Below, piece after piece: positions 15,128 through 33,066 of a DNA stretch of 64,000 nt; position 1 is the first letter of the stretch, and each line of letters opens with the position of its first letter. Where the stretch lies: assembly GCA_039096225.1 (NCBI GenBank), contig JBBPEB010000034.1, positions 1,178,001-1,242,000 on the forward strand, written 5' to 3'. Position numbers and translations under genes: made by a program. This stretch comes from Blastocystis sp. Blastoise. Taxonomy: Eukaryota > Protista > Bigyra: Opalinata. Below the pieces are notes generated by a model. It did no database searches and was not told the origin of the DNA. It worked only from the letters and a program-made list of their open reading frames with translations.

Positions 15128-16845
15128 GGCGTATAATACTTTTTTAAAATTATTAACAAATAAATAAAAAATGATTTATACTCTGAGTTTTTTTTTTCTG
15201 TTGATTTGATACAAAAAAAAAACTAGCTTTGAAATACTAGAAATTTTACAAGAATTTCAAATTTTCTCTGTTTATGATAATAAACATTTATTTAGTATAG
15301 GATTTATAATAAAGATGAATATCAGTAATATAATAGGGTTTCTGGAAAACAAAATAATGAATTTTTTGTTAAATTTTAGTTGATGATATATAAGTGTTTC
15401 TTCTATTTCAATGGTAATATGACTGAAATGATAATAATCGAGTGATACAATAAATGGCTATAACTCAAAACACGATATTTTGTAGATGAGAGTCGTCATG
15501 TGTTTCACATGTGCCTTTGATTCTTGGCTAACAAGTCTCATTAGTTCTGAACGAGCTTTTATAATGACTTAAATTAGTCAAATTCTTCATAAAAAAATCA
15601 TAAAAGTTGTAATTGAGTTTATTTTCTTTATTCTATCCATTCATGAATGATTCAATGTTATTTTACAAAGATATATAATTCTAATTTCTTCTGGCTAACT
15701 TTATTTTAATTATTAATAATAACTAGAAATATTTTATTGATAGCAATATTATTAACAAGAAAAATACTGTCTCTTTAAATGAATATTACTAGAGTTTTTG
15801 ATTTTTTATTAAAAAACATCATTCATTTTATATATATACTATTATTATGTGTAAATGAATGTAATAGAAATGAAAGCATATATATATTAGTGTAAAGTTT
15901 TTTTGGATATAATAAACATTTACATATATGTAATATATAGATTATTTTATATTTGTAACATTAATACTAGTTTATTACGATTGCTATTTAAAGGTTTTGA
16001 CTATTCAGATTTATTTACTAGATTGATTTATATTATATATTTAACTATATATTTGATTGAAATCTAGTTTAGGACAATCATACGATGAATTACTATATAT
16101 ATATATTTTTCATACAAACTACTATTTTATATGCTTTCTCTGGACTATTTTTATGCTTGCAATAACTGTTATAATAATAGGAGACATAATTTTTCAAGTC
16201 TGTGATGTATTATTTATATTTATATAATATTAAGTTTATCATAACTACTTTATAAAGCTAATAAAATTTTAGTCATTTTTGACCTTTTAGAACATATTAT
16301 TAACAAAATCAGTTATTTTTCTCAAGTATTTCTCTTAAAATACAAAAACGTCTTATAATGATTTATTACTGAAGAATAAAGGTCAAAAATTGTTAACTAA
16401 TATATACTTTGAATAGATTTTATTATTGATTATCGATTTAATTCTTTTTGTTACATAATATATATTATAAAAAAATGTATTCCAATATTATAGAAAAATA
16501 AATAATTAGAATATGTTCTTCTGAAAGCATAGACTAGTAAATATTGAAAAAATGATATAGAAAGTATATAGAATAAAAAGTTGTATATTAATGAGATATT
16601 TGAGTATAATTATTGTATAATCGTATAAAGAAATATTGGCAAAAAATAAAACATAGAGTTTAAAGAAAAAATAGAAATAATTTTTCTACACAATAAATAA
16701 TAAAAAAATTATTAAATGAGAAAAGCAATAGTGACATAGAAGAATAAAAGAAGAAGAATATAAGAATGTAGTAGACTAGATAAAGGAGAAAAAGATAAGA
16801 ATGACTAAAAGTAATTTTCTAACAACTTTTGTCATAGTATGTAAT

Positions 16846-19800
16846 CTATTCTTGTTTATATTCACTAATATTTGTATTATTAACATTTATTTGATTAATA
16901 TCATTCTGAGTATCTTTTTGATTGCTATTTAGATTATTAGACTCTTTGTCTTGCGTATTTGATCGATTATTGTAGTGATTATAAGAAGGATTCATATTTC
17001 TCTTGTATCCATTATTCGTAGTAGAGTAATTCTTATTGCTTTTGAAGTTTTTATTCTCTCTCGCATGATTTTGATAATTATTTTGACTATGATAATTATT
17101 TTGATTATGATAATTATTTTGATTATTATAATTATTTTGATTATGATAATCATTTTGATTATGATAATCATTTTGATTATGATAATCATTTTGATTATGA
17201 TAATTATTTTGATTATGATAATTATTTTGATTATGATAATTATTTTGATTATTATCTCTATTACTATTACTCATATATTGATTAGTATCAAGATTATTAT
17301 CAATATTTTGGTTAACATTATTATTCATAATATTATCTATATTTTGATTCATTTTATTATTGAATTGATTATTATTTTTGCGACTATTATAGCATCTCTG
17401 ACCACGACAATTATTTGTGTCTCTATTAGTATTTCTACGATAATCTCTATTAGTATTTCCATCACTTGTGTTACTATTATTATATGATCTATCATGTGAA
17501 TTCTTGATATTATATTCTCTATTACGTGTATTACATTTATCATATGATCTATCATGTGAATTCTTTTTATTATCTCTTCTATCACTTCTATAATTATTAT
17601 TATTATCTTTTGTAACATTACTATTATCTTTATTATTATCTTTATTATCATTATTATCGAAATTAATAATTTCATTATTTAAATCACTATGATGATCATC
17701 GTTATTGTTATTTATATCACAACTATTTTCAGTAATATTAGTAACTTGAATAGAATTATTTTCATTAGTATTAATAACTAGAATAGAATTATTTTCTTTA
17801 TTTTCTTTATTTTCTTTATTTTCTTTATTTTCTTTATTTTCTTTGTTTTCTTTATTTTCTTTATTTTCTTTATTTTCAGTTTCATCTTCTGAATCTTCTT
17901 CTAGAGGATGAGGTATATCTAAATAATTCCATTCATGTATATTCTCTGTCATATAACTTTCTATTGTAGAATACCATTCATTAAATGGACTCAAATCTTC
18001 TGGTTCACTATATATAATAATAATAAATAATAATAAATATATATACCTATATTTAATACTACCATCAGATAATTCCAAATAATTATATAGAAATACAGAA
18101 AAACAAAGAGGCTATATATATTATAAAAAACATTATATATATAAATTTTAATAAAAAAAAAAGTCATATACTTTGATATCATTAAAGAATCGACCACAAA
18201 AAACAAAAATTGCATGTAGTATACAATAAATACACTAAAAATAATAAATAATTAATGAATGATTACATATACATAATATTCTTCTTTTATAGCCAAAAGA
18301 TTTGAAATATTCTTTATTTTTTTAATTTCTAGATATAAATAAATAATACAACATAGATTATATAAAGTAATATATATAATAGAAAATAAAATATGTATCT
18401 ATATATACCGAATCTTTTCATATGAGTATGTTTGACAAAATGTGCATAAGCCAAAGAACGTAATATCTTTTTATCATAATTTGTATTATAACGACAATAT
18501 AATCTATATATATGTATATTATAAAAATATAAATACAAAAAAAGTATATATATACAGTATAGTAAGAGGTATTAAAACTGGAAAATCCCCGTGAATATCT
18601 ATATTCTCATATATATTAGGTAGATTATAGATTTCACATAGATCTTTAAGTATATCTCTATCACTCTTATTATTCACTAGATCCAATAAAATATCCAGTG
18701 ACTTGAATATACTATATAAATGAGAAAATTATATAAATATAAATTTTCAGTTATTTTATTGTTAGGATGAAGGATATATTAAAAGAAATATATATATATA
18801 TATAGTATGATAAAAATGATATGATTATTTTTATCTCTCTGTATATATAAAAGATATACTAGTTTCCAGTTCCACGTGCAGGAATATCATAATGATGAAG
18901 CAAATAACGATAACGAAGACAAAGCCTTACGTCTCCCTATTATTATGTTTTTATAGTATAAATAGTACATAAACGATATATATATATATATATATATACA
19001 TAATATTTATCTTTTGGAAGACGTTCAAGATCAAAACAAAAATGAGAAAGTTTTTCTGTGTATATATATAAATTAAAAAAAAATATATATATTTCTACAT
19101 AAATTAAAAATAAATGACAAAAAATGATTGTAATATACAAATAAATTGTATTAATAATATATAACTATTTATATATACCAATTGATTGTTTTGTAGGTAG
19201 TTGTGGAATCATTATACCTTGAGAATTCATTAATAAAGACCATGGAAAATAATTATTCATATTTTGAAAGTCCATAATCATCTTTGAGAATTCTATATAT
19301 ATATATATATATATAGAATTTAATAAATATTGATTGTTTATAGTTTAAATAATAAATTAGAGTTGTTATTTTTTAAATAACTGTTTTTTAATTATAGAAT
19401 TCATGAATAATTAATTTCAATTTATATATATATAATATATATATATATACTTTCATCAGACATATATGTCTTCAGTGTCTTTTGAAAGTCCTCGTTAGAG
19501 AGACTTTCAGGAGTACTTTGTCCGTACATATCATACGGATAATTATAAGATATATTAGCATCATATATAAATGAACTCTCCATAATCTAATAAGAATCAA
19601 ATTATATATGGAAACAAATTATATATATATATAAAGATAGCAATAAATTCTAGAAATATAAATTGAATTTATTTTTTTTTTATAAATTTAAAAATAATAA
19701 TAATAATAATATAACATATATATACATCTTTAACTCTTTCATTTAAATCAGCTTCTTCAATTCCTTCATATATTTCTTTAATAATATTGTGTATATTTCC

Positions 19801-20408
19801 ATTATTTTTATTAATTACATCTATAATGCTTTGTATACTCATACTTTCTATAGTATAACGTAAATTGTAAAAAATAATAGTAAATGTAATATATTTATAA
19901 AAATAATAAATAATAATAAATACTAGGTTCCCAGTCAAAAGCAACAGAATCACATCCCGCTAAAATACCGAAAAGGGGGAAATACTCAATAGGAAGATTT
20001 AGACATTTCGAAACTATTTCTGGAGAATAAACATATCGATCATTAAAGAACATCGCTAGAGATATATATACAATAATAATAACATAATAATAATAACAAT
20101 AATAATAATAACAATAATAATTATTTGACAAATATCATTACATAATAATAATCTAACAAATAAAATAACATAATAATAACCTAATAATATTCAAAATACA
20201 AAAATTGAGTCCAGCATTATAAAATGCACTTAAATCTTTATACCATACTAATCCTTTGATATCATATAAAAAGAAATCAGAATCATTACTTAATACATAA
20301 CAATTATGATCTTTCGCATAGTGAGCAGTTCCTCTAAAATATATTATAATATTAAAACTCAAAAAGAACATAAAAAAAAAGAAGAAAATATGATTATAAA
20401 TAAATTCA

Positions 20409-20495
<87 letters not shown>

Positions 20496-21030
20496 TCTCC
20501 ATCTCCGACAACTCGAATCATTTCACAATTAATATTATTCTCTTTTATATATGCTCTTAAACAACTTATAAAGGCAAATCTTCCTGAAGTAGGCTTTATA
20601 TTTATATTTTATATATATTTATATATATATACATTAAGTACACAAAGATTAGTTGTTTCACCTTCTTCAATATCTTTATAATATTCTATGATATTATCAA
20701 TTTGATTTTTTCTTCTACTCATGATAGTTTTAACTTTTTGACATCTTACCATTCCATCAAAAATGAAACAAACTGGATTCATCTTATATTTCTTGAACTT
20801 ATAAAACAGTATATCAATAATATTATATAAAACAAAAGGGCAAATATCATATTCAACTGGTAATCGCTTTGTAAGATCAAAAAGAATATTAGTACCATCG
20901 ACTACTATGTCTATTTCTTCATCAGTATCACTACAAGAAATGTTATGAGGGTGACTTTTTATATAAAATACACAGCTGATGGAAAATGATTGTTATATGT
21001 TGTAAAACCTTTCAATCCACTTATTCCCAT
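16846..21030 (-). CDS. PIN-domain XPG-like protein (Asteroid/FAM120 type) with Asn/Gln-rich C-terminus, multi-exon
   Basis: MGISGL start, IVVDGTN, FIFDG, R-rich helix, VLSNDSDFFLY and LFGILAGCD are the hallmark FEN/XPG-like PIN motifs. Confidence 0.8.
17070..17250 (-). repeat. Coding 18-bp tandem repeat (NQNNYH / NQNDYH)n
   Basis: About 10 copies visible in the DNA and in the translation. Confidence 0.9.
17792..17876 (-). repeat. Coding 9-bp tandem repeat (ENK)n
   Basis: (ttttcttta)n on the + strand. Confidence 0.9.
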
Positions 21031-21824
21031 GATAGGAAAATATTGATTTAAACAAGAATAACTAATATATAAATCAGGAAAGTATTTAATTTTTACTTAA
21101 ATAATACTTTTAAATGTTCTGTTTTGATTAAAAAAACTCCTTCAGTAACTTGTTGAAATTCTCAAATTTCCACGGAAAAATCAAGTTAGATACTTGGGTA
21201 GAGAAAAAGTTGCTATTTCATTTTACGATTATTTGGCGTTTTTTTTATAACCAGAAATATGACGTTTTAAAATACCATCAATAGGCGAAATGAAACACGA
21301 TTATTTGTACATTTTCTTGATCAGTTAAAAAATAATGAAAAACAATAGCAACTTTTCGTATTTTGAATCAGTTTAGGGTAAATACTTAATAAGAATTTAT
21401 ATACATATTTACATATATATATGATAAATTCTAAAGATAATAAGAAAATCTGTGATTCAAATGAGTAAATAATATTGATTGAATTATAATAAAAATAAGA
21501 AATATTCTTGTATATTTTATAAAAAATGACTTATTGTCGCAAAATAATTACGGTAAATTTTTAAAAATCTTGTTTCCACATATTTATATATTTCATTAAT
21601 TACAAGTTAACAAAGATATTTAGTAAAATTTTATTAGTATGTATGTGTTTTCTATACATTTCCGTACTTAAATAGAGTGCAATTTTTAAAAAATAGCCTA
21701 GATTATAAATAAATATTATAATTACATTAATAATATATTACTATAGACTAATAATATTGCTATATATTGTGTTACATCCAAACTCAAAGAGTCTAAAGTT
21801 TAAAATAAAACAGATCTTCAAGAA

Positions 21825-24719
<2,895 letters not shown>

Positions 24720-24768
24720 ATTAAAAAGGGTATGATCATACAATAAGATTTTAGCTAATAATAATTAA

Positions 24769-24852
24769 TTCTCTTCTAACTGAGGGTGTAATAATTTTGA
24801 TTTCTTTTTCTAAATTTATATTTTTAAGTGAATATTTATATACTTTTTTTTA
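24769..24852 (-). repeat. Inner segment of the hAT right TIR
   Basis: Reverse complement of 22122-22205. Confidence 0.95.
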
Positions 24853-26295
24853 GAGGCATTGTTAGAAATACCCAAAAAAACCATAATTATTTTAACCTGC
24901 CCAAAAAAAAATCGAATTGTTAGAAATACCCAAAATCTTTCAAAATTTTTGTTAAAATACCCAAAATTTTTACAAAATTGGTAGAAATACCCAACTGTTT
25001 ATTTTAGACTCTAAACGATTGGTGGTTTGAAAACACAAATTCTTCATAGCCAATTAAAATTCTTTTTATTTCTTTTGTCATTATTAGAAAAAATATACTC
25101 AAGAATATATTTATATTTTCTTTATTAAAGCTTACATAAAAATTTTGTAGTAATTAAAACATAAGAAATATTTTAATAGATTATTATAATAATTTAGAAA
25201 AGTAGTTATTTAATTTAAGATAAGCATTTTTATTTACAAATTAAATATAATTATGTCAAATTTTTAAATTAAGGATAGTATAAATACTTCAGGCACTTAT
25301 ATCGATTGATTAGTGTCATTTATAGTGTAATAATATATTGTATTGCTCTCGAATAAAGCTTTTAAAAACTACAATGTAATTTTTCATGATTTTTCATTTA
25401 TTAATCACTATAAAAATGAAATTTGTTGTCCAGAATCACAAAAATATACTTTATTTTAATTTTGACATATTTAGACAATTAAAGCTTTAATTACTGCATA
25501 TTTAACAACAAAGATATCTGTAAATCAATATTAGATTCATGTAGACTATTTTTATGTTATAATTTGGTAACTGATTCAGTTCAGCCACAACAAGAAGTGG
25601 AAATATGTTTTTGTTTGATTAAGGTGAACTATCATAAGTTTAAACATAGTGAATAAATAACAAAATTTGAGACTGTAAAAACATATGGAGTCAAAATTAT
25701 GTATGTAAAAAGTTTCAACTAGAAAATGTAGTTTTACTATATATGTAAAAGCTAGGGTATCGAATAAAAAAACAAAAAACCCCAAAAAAGAAGACTTGTT
25801 TACAGATGTTTCATTTCAAATTACCCGTTTATGTTCCATTTCCAAGGTGATGATGTTTCTGGATGGGTAGTCAAAAGATATTGTTGTCACGACTCTTCTG
25901 AGCAAACTTAAATAAATAAATTATATTCTTATATTAACATATTTATAGAAATGCAATCGTTTGTATATATTATATATCAAATGAAACAAAAAGCAAAAAA
26001 TAGATTATAAGTTGTTAAAAAATGTTAAAAATAAATTAAATGATTTAAAAGATAATACTAAACAATATATAGTGCTAAAAGAAAGAATAAAAGAAAACAA
26101 ATTAGACATATCATATGAACTATTAATATTTTTAATCAAGAATATATATATATGTATTACATGATTCTACATAAATATATTAATATATTAGATTTTCTAT
26201 TTTATACACAATATTTAATATATATAAATTTATATATATATGTATACATGTATACTATTCAATACATATGTATATCTATTCTATATACATATACA

Positions 26296-26361
<66 letters not shown>

Positions 26362-26619
26362 CATTCTATACATATGCTATTTATATCTATATATAGAATT
26401 CTAATATATCCGATTAAGTATATATATATGTTCAATATATATATAATATATGTTTTTCTATATATGTTATTCTTCATACTAATAAAAGTAACATATATAC
26501 ACAATTCTATTTATTGTTTTATATATCAATATATATATAATTCAATATATCAAATATTGTGTATAGCGTTTTAAAAAATGAGAATTCAACTTCAATTGAA
26601 TGAAAAAAACGATTCTTAG

Positions 26620-29600
26620 AATAATAGGAATAGGAAAATTATAATAAGAAGTGGTAGTAATATACGTAGATGAAGAATGATAATAGAAGCTGATAAAAAA
26701 AGTAGCAGCAGAAATAAAATGAGAAAGAGAAAAAGTAGAAGTAGAAGGACAAGGAGATATAGAAGAAGAAGAACAAGGACAAGGAAAAGGACAAGAATAA
26801 GACGAGTGAGAAGGAGAAGGAGAAGGACAAGGAGAAGAAGAAGAAGAAGAAGAAGAATAAGACGAGGGACAAGGACAAGGACAAGGACAAGAAGAAGAAG
26901 AATGACAAGGATAAGGACAAGAAGAAGGACAAGAAGAAGGACAAGGACAAGGACAAGGACAAGGACAATGAAAATGGCAAGAATAAGAATAAAAAGGATA
27001 AGGACAAGGACAAGGACAAAAAGAAGAAAGACAGGAGAAGAAGAAGGAGAAGAAGAAGAACAAGGAGAAGGAGAAATATAAGGATAAGAACATGAAAGAG
27101 AAAGATAAGCACGAGAAGAAGAAGAAAAAGAAGAAAGAGAAGAAAATAAGAATAAACCAAGAATAAGCATAATAAGAAAAACATCAGTAGAAGGTAGGAA
27201 TAAGTAGAATGAGAATGATTAGAAGTAGAAGTATAAGGATAATATAAGAAAAAGCAGACGGAGAAGGGAAAATATGTGGATGTAGAAGAAGAAAATGAGA
27301 ATAAAAGTGGAAGAAGAAGAGAATAAAAAGATAATAGGAAGGAGAAGGATAATAAGAGAATAAGAATGGCAAAGTGAAGGAGGGAAAAAAGAAAGAGAAG
27401 AAGAAAAATTATAAGAAGAAGACAAGAAGGAAAAAGAGAATAGAAGGAGAGGAACAAAATATGAATAAGAAGGAGAATAGGAAGGAGAAGGATAAGAAGG
27501 GGAAGAGGAAAAGAATGACAAAGAGAAGGAGGAGAAGGAAGAAAGAACAAGAAAAAGACGAATGGAAAAAGGAAAGAGAAGAGAAGAATAGCAAAGAGAA
27601 AGAGAAGTAGAAGTAGAAGTAGAAGAGGGAGAAGAAGGAGAAGTAGAAGAGGGAGGAGAAGGAGAAGGAGAAGGAGAAGGAGAAGGAAAAAGAAAAAGAA
27701 AAGGAAAAGGAGAAGGAGAATAAGAAGGAGAAGGAGAAGGAGAATGACAAGAATAAGAAGGAGAAGGAGAATGAAAAGGAGAAGGAGAAGGAGAAGGAGA
27801 AGGAGAAGGAGAAGGAGAAGGAGAAGGAGAAGGAGAAGGAGAATGACAAGAATAATAAGGAAACGGAGAATGAGAAAGAAAAAAAGAAAGAGAAAGAGAA
27901 AGAGAAGGAGAAGGAGAAGGAGAAGGAGAAGGAAAAAGAAAAAGAAAAGGAAAAGGAGGATAAGTAGAAGGAGAATGACAAAGACAAGGAGAATGAAAAG
28001 GAGAAGGAGAAGAAGGAGAAGGATAATAATAAGAAGAAGAAGGAGAAGGAGAAGGAGAATGACAAAGACAAGGAGAATGAAAAGGAGAAGAAGAAGAAGG
28101 AGAAGGATAATAATAATAAGAAGAAGGAGAAGGAGAAGGAGAACAAAAGGAAGAAGTAGAAGTAGAAGTAGAAGTAGAAGTATAAGGACAAGAATAAGAA
28201 TGACAAGGACAAGGACAAAGACAAGAAGAAGAAGAATGACAAGGAGAAGGACAAGAATAAGAATAAAAATAAGAAGGATAAGAAGAGAAGGATTAGGACA
28301 AGAATAAGAAGGATAAGGACAAGGACAAGAAGAAGAATGACAAGGACAAGGACAAAAAGAAAGACAAGGATAAGAAGAAGACGAAGGACAAGATGAAGGG
28401 CAAGAAGAAGAGCAAGAGGAAGAAGAAGAAAGAGAAGTAGAAGGACAATGACAATGACAATGACAATGATAATGACAATGGCAAGAAGAAGAAGTAAAAT
28501 AAGAAGAATAAGAAGAATAAGGATAAGAAGAAGTAGAAGGAGAAGGAGCAGGACAAGATAATGGACAAGAAAAAGAAGAAAAAGAAAAAGAAGAAAGAGA
28601 AGAAAATAAAAATAAACCAAGAATAAACATAATAAGAAAAACATCAGTAGAAGATAAGAATAAGTAGAATGAGAATGATTAGAAGTAGAAGTAGAAGTAT
28701 AAGGATAATATAAGAAAAAGAAGACGGAGAAGGGATAATATGTGGGTATAGAAGAAGAAATATGAGAATAAAAGTGGAAAAAGAAGAGACTCAAAAGAGA
28801 ATAGAAGGAGAGGAGCAACATATGAATAAGAAGGAGAATAGGAAAGAGAAAGAGAAGAAAGAGAAGAAGAAGGAGAAGGATAAGAAGATAAGAATGACTA
28901 AGAGAATGAGGAGAGGAAAGAGAAGAACGAGAAAAAATGAAGGAAAAAAAAAAGAGAAGAAGAAGAAGGAAAAGTGAAATTATAAAGCGAAGAAGAAACA
29001 GAAATAGAAAGAAAATGATAAGAAGAAGAAGAAGAAGAAGAAGACAGAGAAGAATATATGGAGCAGGAAGAGAATAAAAAGAGGGAGAAGGAGAGGAGCA
29101 AAGTATAAATAAGAAGGATAATAGGAAAGATAAGAAGGATAAGAAGGATAAGAAGGATAAGAAGGACAAGAAGGACAAGAAGGAGGAGGAGAAGAAGAAA
29201 AATTATAGGAAGAAGGATAAGAAGGAAAAAGAAAAGTAGGTTTTAAAAGAGGAAAGAGAAAGAGAAGGACAAGAAGGAAAAAAAGAGGAGAAGAAGAAAA
29301 ATTATAAGAAGAAGGATAAGAAGGACAAAGAGGATGAGGAGAAGAAAGAGAATAAAGAGAAGAAAAAGAATAAAGAGAAGAAAGAGAATAAAGAGAAAGA
29401 AAAGAAACAGACGAAGGAGAAGGACAAGAAGAAGGATAAGAAGAAGGACAAGAAGAAGGACAAGAAGAAGAAGAAGAAGAAGGATAAGAAGGAGAGGAAG
29501 GAATGCCAAGAAGAACAAGAGCAAGAACAAGAAGAAGAAGAAGAAGAAGAAGGATGAGAAGCAGAGGAAGGAGTGTCAAGAAGAAGAAGAACAAGAAGAA

Positions 29601-30860
29601 CAAGAAGAAGAAGAAGAATAAGAAAGAGAAGAAAAACAAGAAGAAGGATAAAGAAAAGTAAAAGTATAAATAGAAGGAGAATATAGAAAAGGAGATAGAG
29701 ATGAAGACAAAAAAGTAGACGTAGAAGGAGAAAAATAAATAAATAAAAGTATAGTAGTAGAAACAGAAGTATAAATAGAAGTATTAGGAATAAGAAAATG
29801 AGAATCATTAGAAGAAGAAAAATGAGAAGAAGAATGAGAAGAAGAATAAAAATAAGAATAAGAATAAGAAAAAGTGAAAAAGAAGAAGAAGAATGAGAAA
29901 TTGAATATAGAAAAAAGAAGAAGAAGATGAAAGAGAAAGATAATAGCAAGGAGAAGTATAAGTACAAGAAGACTGAGAAGAATAAAAAGTAGTAGAAGCA
30001 AAAGCACGAGTACGAGTAGGAGTAAAAGCAGAACTACAAGTAGATATATAAGCAGAAATATAAGTAGAATAATAAGAAGTATTATCAGTAGTAGTGTAGC
30101 TGTAGAAATAGAAGAAAAAATAAAAGAGTAGTAGTAGTAGAAGAAATATAAGTAGAAGTACAAGTAGGAATAGAAGAATGAAGGAAAGAAGGAAAGAAGG
30201 AAGAAGCTAAAGGAGAAGAATTGCAAGGAGAATAAGGAAAAAAAAAAAGGAACAAAATGGAATGGAAATGATAACGAGAGAAAAAAGAAAAGAAGAAGAA
30301 AAACAATAAGAATAAGAAGATGTAGAAGGATAATAAAAGAAGAAAAAACAATAATAATGAGAACAAGAAGTAAATCTATAATGAGAAGGAGAAGTGGAAA
30401 GGAAGTATAGTAGAGAAGAAGAATAATGAAAAGTAAAATAAGATGTAAAGGTGAAAGAAGCATAAGAAGAAGTAAAGTAGAAGAAAAAGAAGAATCATGA
30501 AAGGATAAGAAGAATGAAGAATAATGAAAAGGATAGGGATAAGAAGTATAATGAGAAGGACGAAGAAGTAATAGTAGAATTTGTGAAGAGGTAATAGTAA
30601 AGAAAAGAAAAATTAATATCTATACATAAAAGAAGAAAAACTAGAGTAAGATGTACAGTAGAATTATGAATGAAGAATGAAGAATAAAGAATAAAGAATT
30701 AAGATTAAGAATGAAGAATGAAGAATGAAGAATGAAGAATGAAGAATGAAGAATAAAGAATGAAGAATGAAGAATGAAGAATAAAGAATGAAGAATGAAG
30801 AATGAAGAATGAAGAATGAAGAATAAAGAATGAAGAATGAAGAATGAAGAATGAAGAATT
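26620..30860 (+). repeat. Purine-rich low-complexity tract (GAA, GGAGAA, GGACAA, AGTAGA units)
   Basis: About 4.2 kb dominated by A/G on the + strand. Confidence 0.95.
30668..30858 (+). repeat. 7-bp satellite (GAATGAA/GAATAAA)n
   Basis: Directly visible tandem array. Confidence 0.9.
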
Positions 30861-30994
30861 AATACCAATAAAACTAAAGAATATATAATATTATAAAAAT
30901 AGAATAATAATAATATTATAAAGACAAAAAATAACATATATATTATTAATAGTCAGTTAAAACAAACTAAATATATTATTAAATACATATATAC

Positions 30995-31467
30995 CTTAAT
31001 AAAGACTTGAATCATTGCAATCTGATTCCCAGGTTGTGCTTCAGTTTGATTGGTTTTACTAAAGAAATAAATACGTAGAATAAATTAAATAGATAAAAGT
31101 ATATATATATTAAAGAAACAACTAGATAGAAAAGTAGGAGCTAATTCAATTATAAAAATAATAATACTAATGAAAACAAAATAAATATGTTATGTGAATG
31201 ATAAAAACATACTAATAGCATAGAAATAAAACAGATATAGCAAAGAATAAACAAAATGAGAAAATGTAAAATAATTATATACCTTAGATTCATTAGTATT
31301 GTTTACCAAGACCTTTAGAGTTGATTTGAAACCATATGAAGCTTGTTCTGAATATCTAAACAATACGCAACCAATTGATCAACTGATTACTATATAAAAC
31401 AAAATATTTGAAGAGAGTAAACTATATAATATATATATTTATGACTAGAAAACATACGTAGATCCAT
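30995..31467 (-). pseudogene. Decayed multi-exon gene remnant, pointing left
   Basis: ATGGATCTAC|gtatg...tatag| exon structure with an in-frame TGA (MDLLIS*SIGCVLFRYSEQ...). Further exon-like island at 30995-31058. Confidence 0.45.
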
Positions 31468-31857
31468 TTTATATGTTTATAATGACAATATATGAAATAA
31501 ATCAATATTTGAATCTCAAGAAATAATCATTCTGAGGATGGAAACAGGGATAAATCAGTCTAAATAGCGGAAGCAACCTCTTTGATAAAAACTTTTTTGT
31601 GATTCAGTGAACAAGTTTTAAAAATAATTTCTAGAGATTCAAAGTATGGGATAAAAAGTCTTTTTTGATATGGTCCCTATTCTTAAAGTTTTTTAGAATT
31701 ACTTCAATCCGTGAAAATCTTATTCAGCATCAGCTTAAATGAACTGCTGAAAGAGTATATTTTTTAAATATTATTATATGGATTATTTAATTATTTAGAA
31801 GGTTATTTTATACTTTATATTTATATTATATTTTTATATGTATATTATTATAGATTA

Positions 31858-32305
31858 GGAATGAAATGAGCACAGATAATGGACCAATTGGTGATTCGTT
31901 TATTCTGGTATATGTTAATTTTATCTAATATTATTCATATAGGCTGAAGAGACTAGTTTGAAGAGCCTGTAAACGTTAGAAATTCATATTGGAAGAAGTT
32001 CCATTTGTCAACATTTCTTCACTGGAAGTCTTGATCAAATATGTTTAAGTGGTATGTTATTTTATATATATTTATCTATCTTATAATTATATAGTGAAGA
32101 GTTTGAATCAAAACAAAATGAATTACATTTTTCAGAAGATGTTGATATATTGGATGTTTTTTAAATTTATTCAACCTTGTTATTGTCTTTTAAGTTTATA
32201 ACTATATTATTTATAATGTATATTATCTACATATATATAGAAATGGTGAATGATTATCTATTTGAGTTCTTTTCTTTTCTTATTCAGCACCATCATTGAG
32301 TACTT

Positions 32306-32343
<38 letters not shown>

Positions 32344-32430
32344 TAATTATTATATCTTCTATAGATACAAGCAGAAAATAAATGATGATTATGTATCACA
32401 ATTCTAAAAATAATATAAATCAGTTAAAAG
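31858..32430 (+). pseudogene. Decayed multi-exon gene remnant, pointing right
   Basis: Exon-like islands bounded by tag|...|gtat with stops. They dissolve into (TA)n-rich DNA up to about 35100. Confidence 0.45.
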
Positions 32431-33026
32431 TATATATTTATTTTATTTTATTTATTGTTAGCTAAATATAATAATTTATAATTGTTTAATATATGTATAT
32501 TATATATGTATATATTATTTATTATCGTTTTTATTCTATTATATATATATATATAATATTATTCTTCATTTATTATTATATATAGATGAGATAATAATTA
32601 ATTCGACTATCTCCTCATTATACACACATTGTATATATATATCTACATATATTCTAATAATTTTTGTATATATTATTGTATTAATATATATATATATATA
32701 TATAATATTATTGATTATACTATATGAACACTATCTTCTTATCAATACAATTAATATTTATATATATTTTTATCAATATATGCATATTTCCTATTAACTT
32801 TTTTTATAATCTATTTAAAAATTTTGTATATAACATTTTATTACTATTATATATTCACTATTTGTTCTTATAATATATTATTTAATATGTTATATATATA
32901 TATATATATATATAGTACTATCACATTTATTATAAGTCTATTTCTCCTTAATCGATATTACTACATAATTTATATAATAAGATGTATATATATTCTTTTC
33001 TTTTCTGTTATTCTTTTTATTCTTTT

Positions 33027-33066
<40 letters not shown>

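Noticed and set aside
16975-17675. Ile/Met-rich ORFs on both strands
   Set aside because: Alternate-frame shadows of the Asn-rich coding repeats of the PIN gene.
26542-30937. Many long ORFs (up to 663 aa) of poly-L/F/S or poly-R/K
   Set aside because: Artefacts of GAA/TTC low-complexity DNA that lacks stop codons. They overlap in all frames and show no protein-like complexity.
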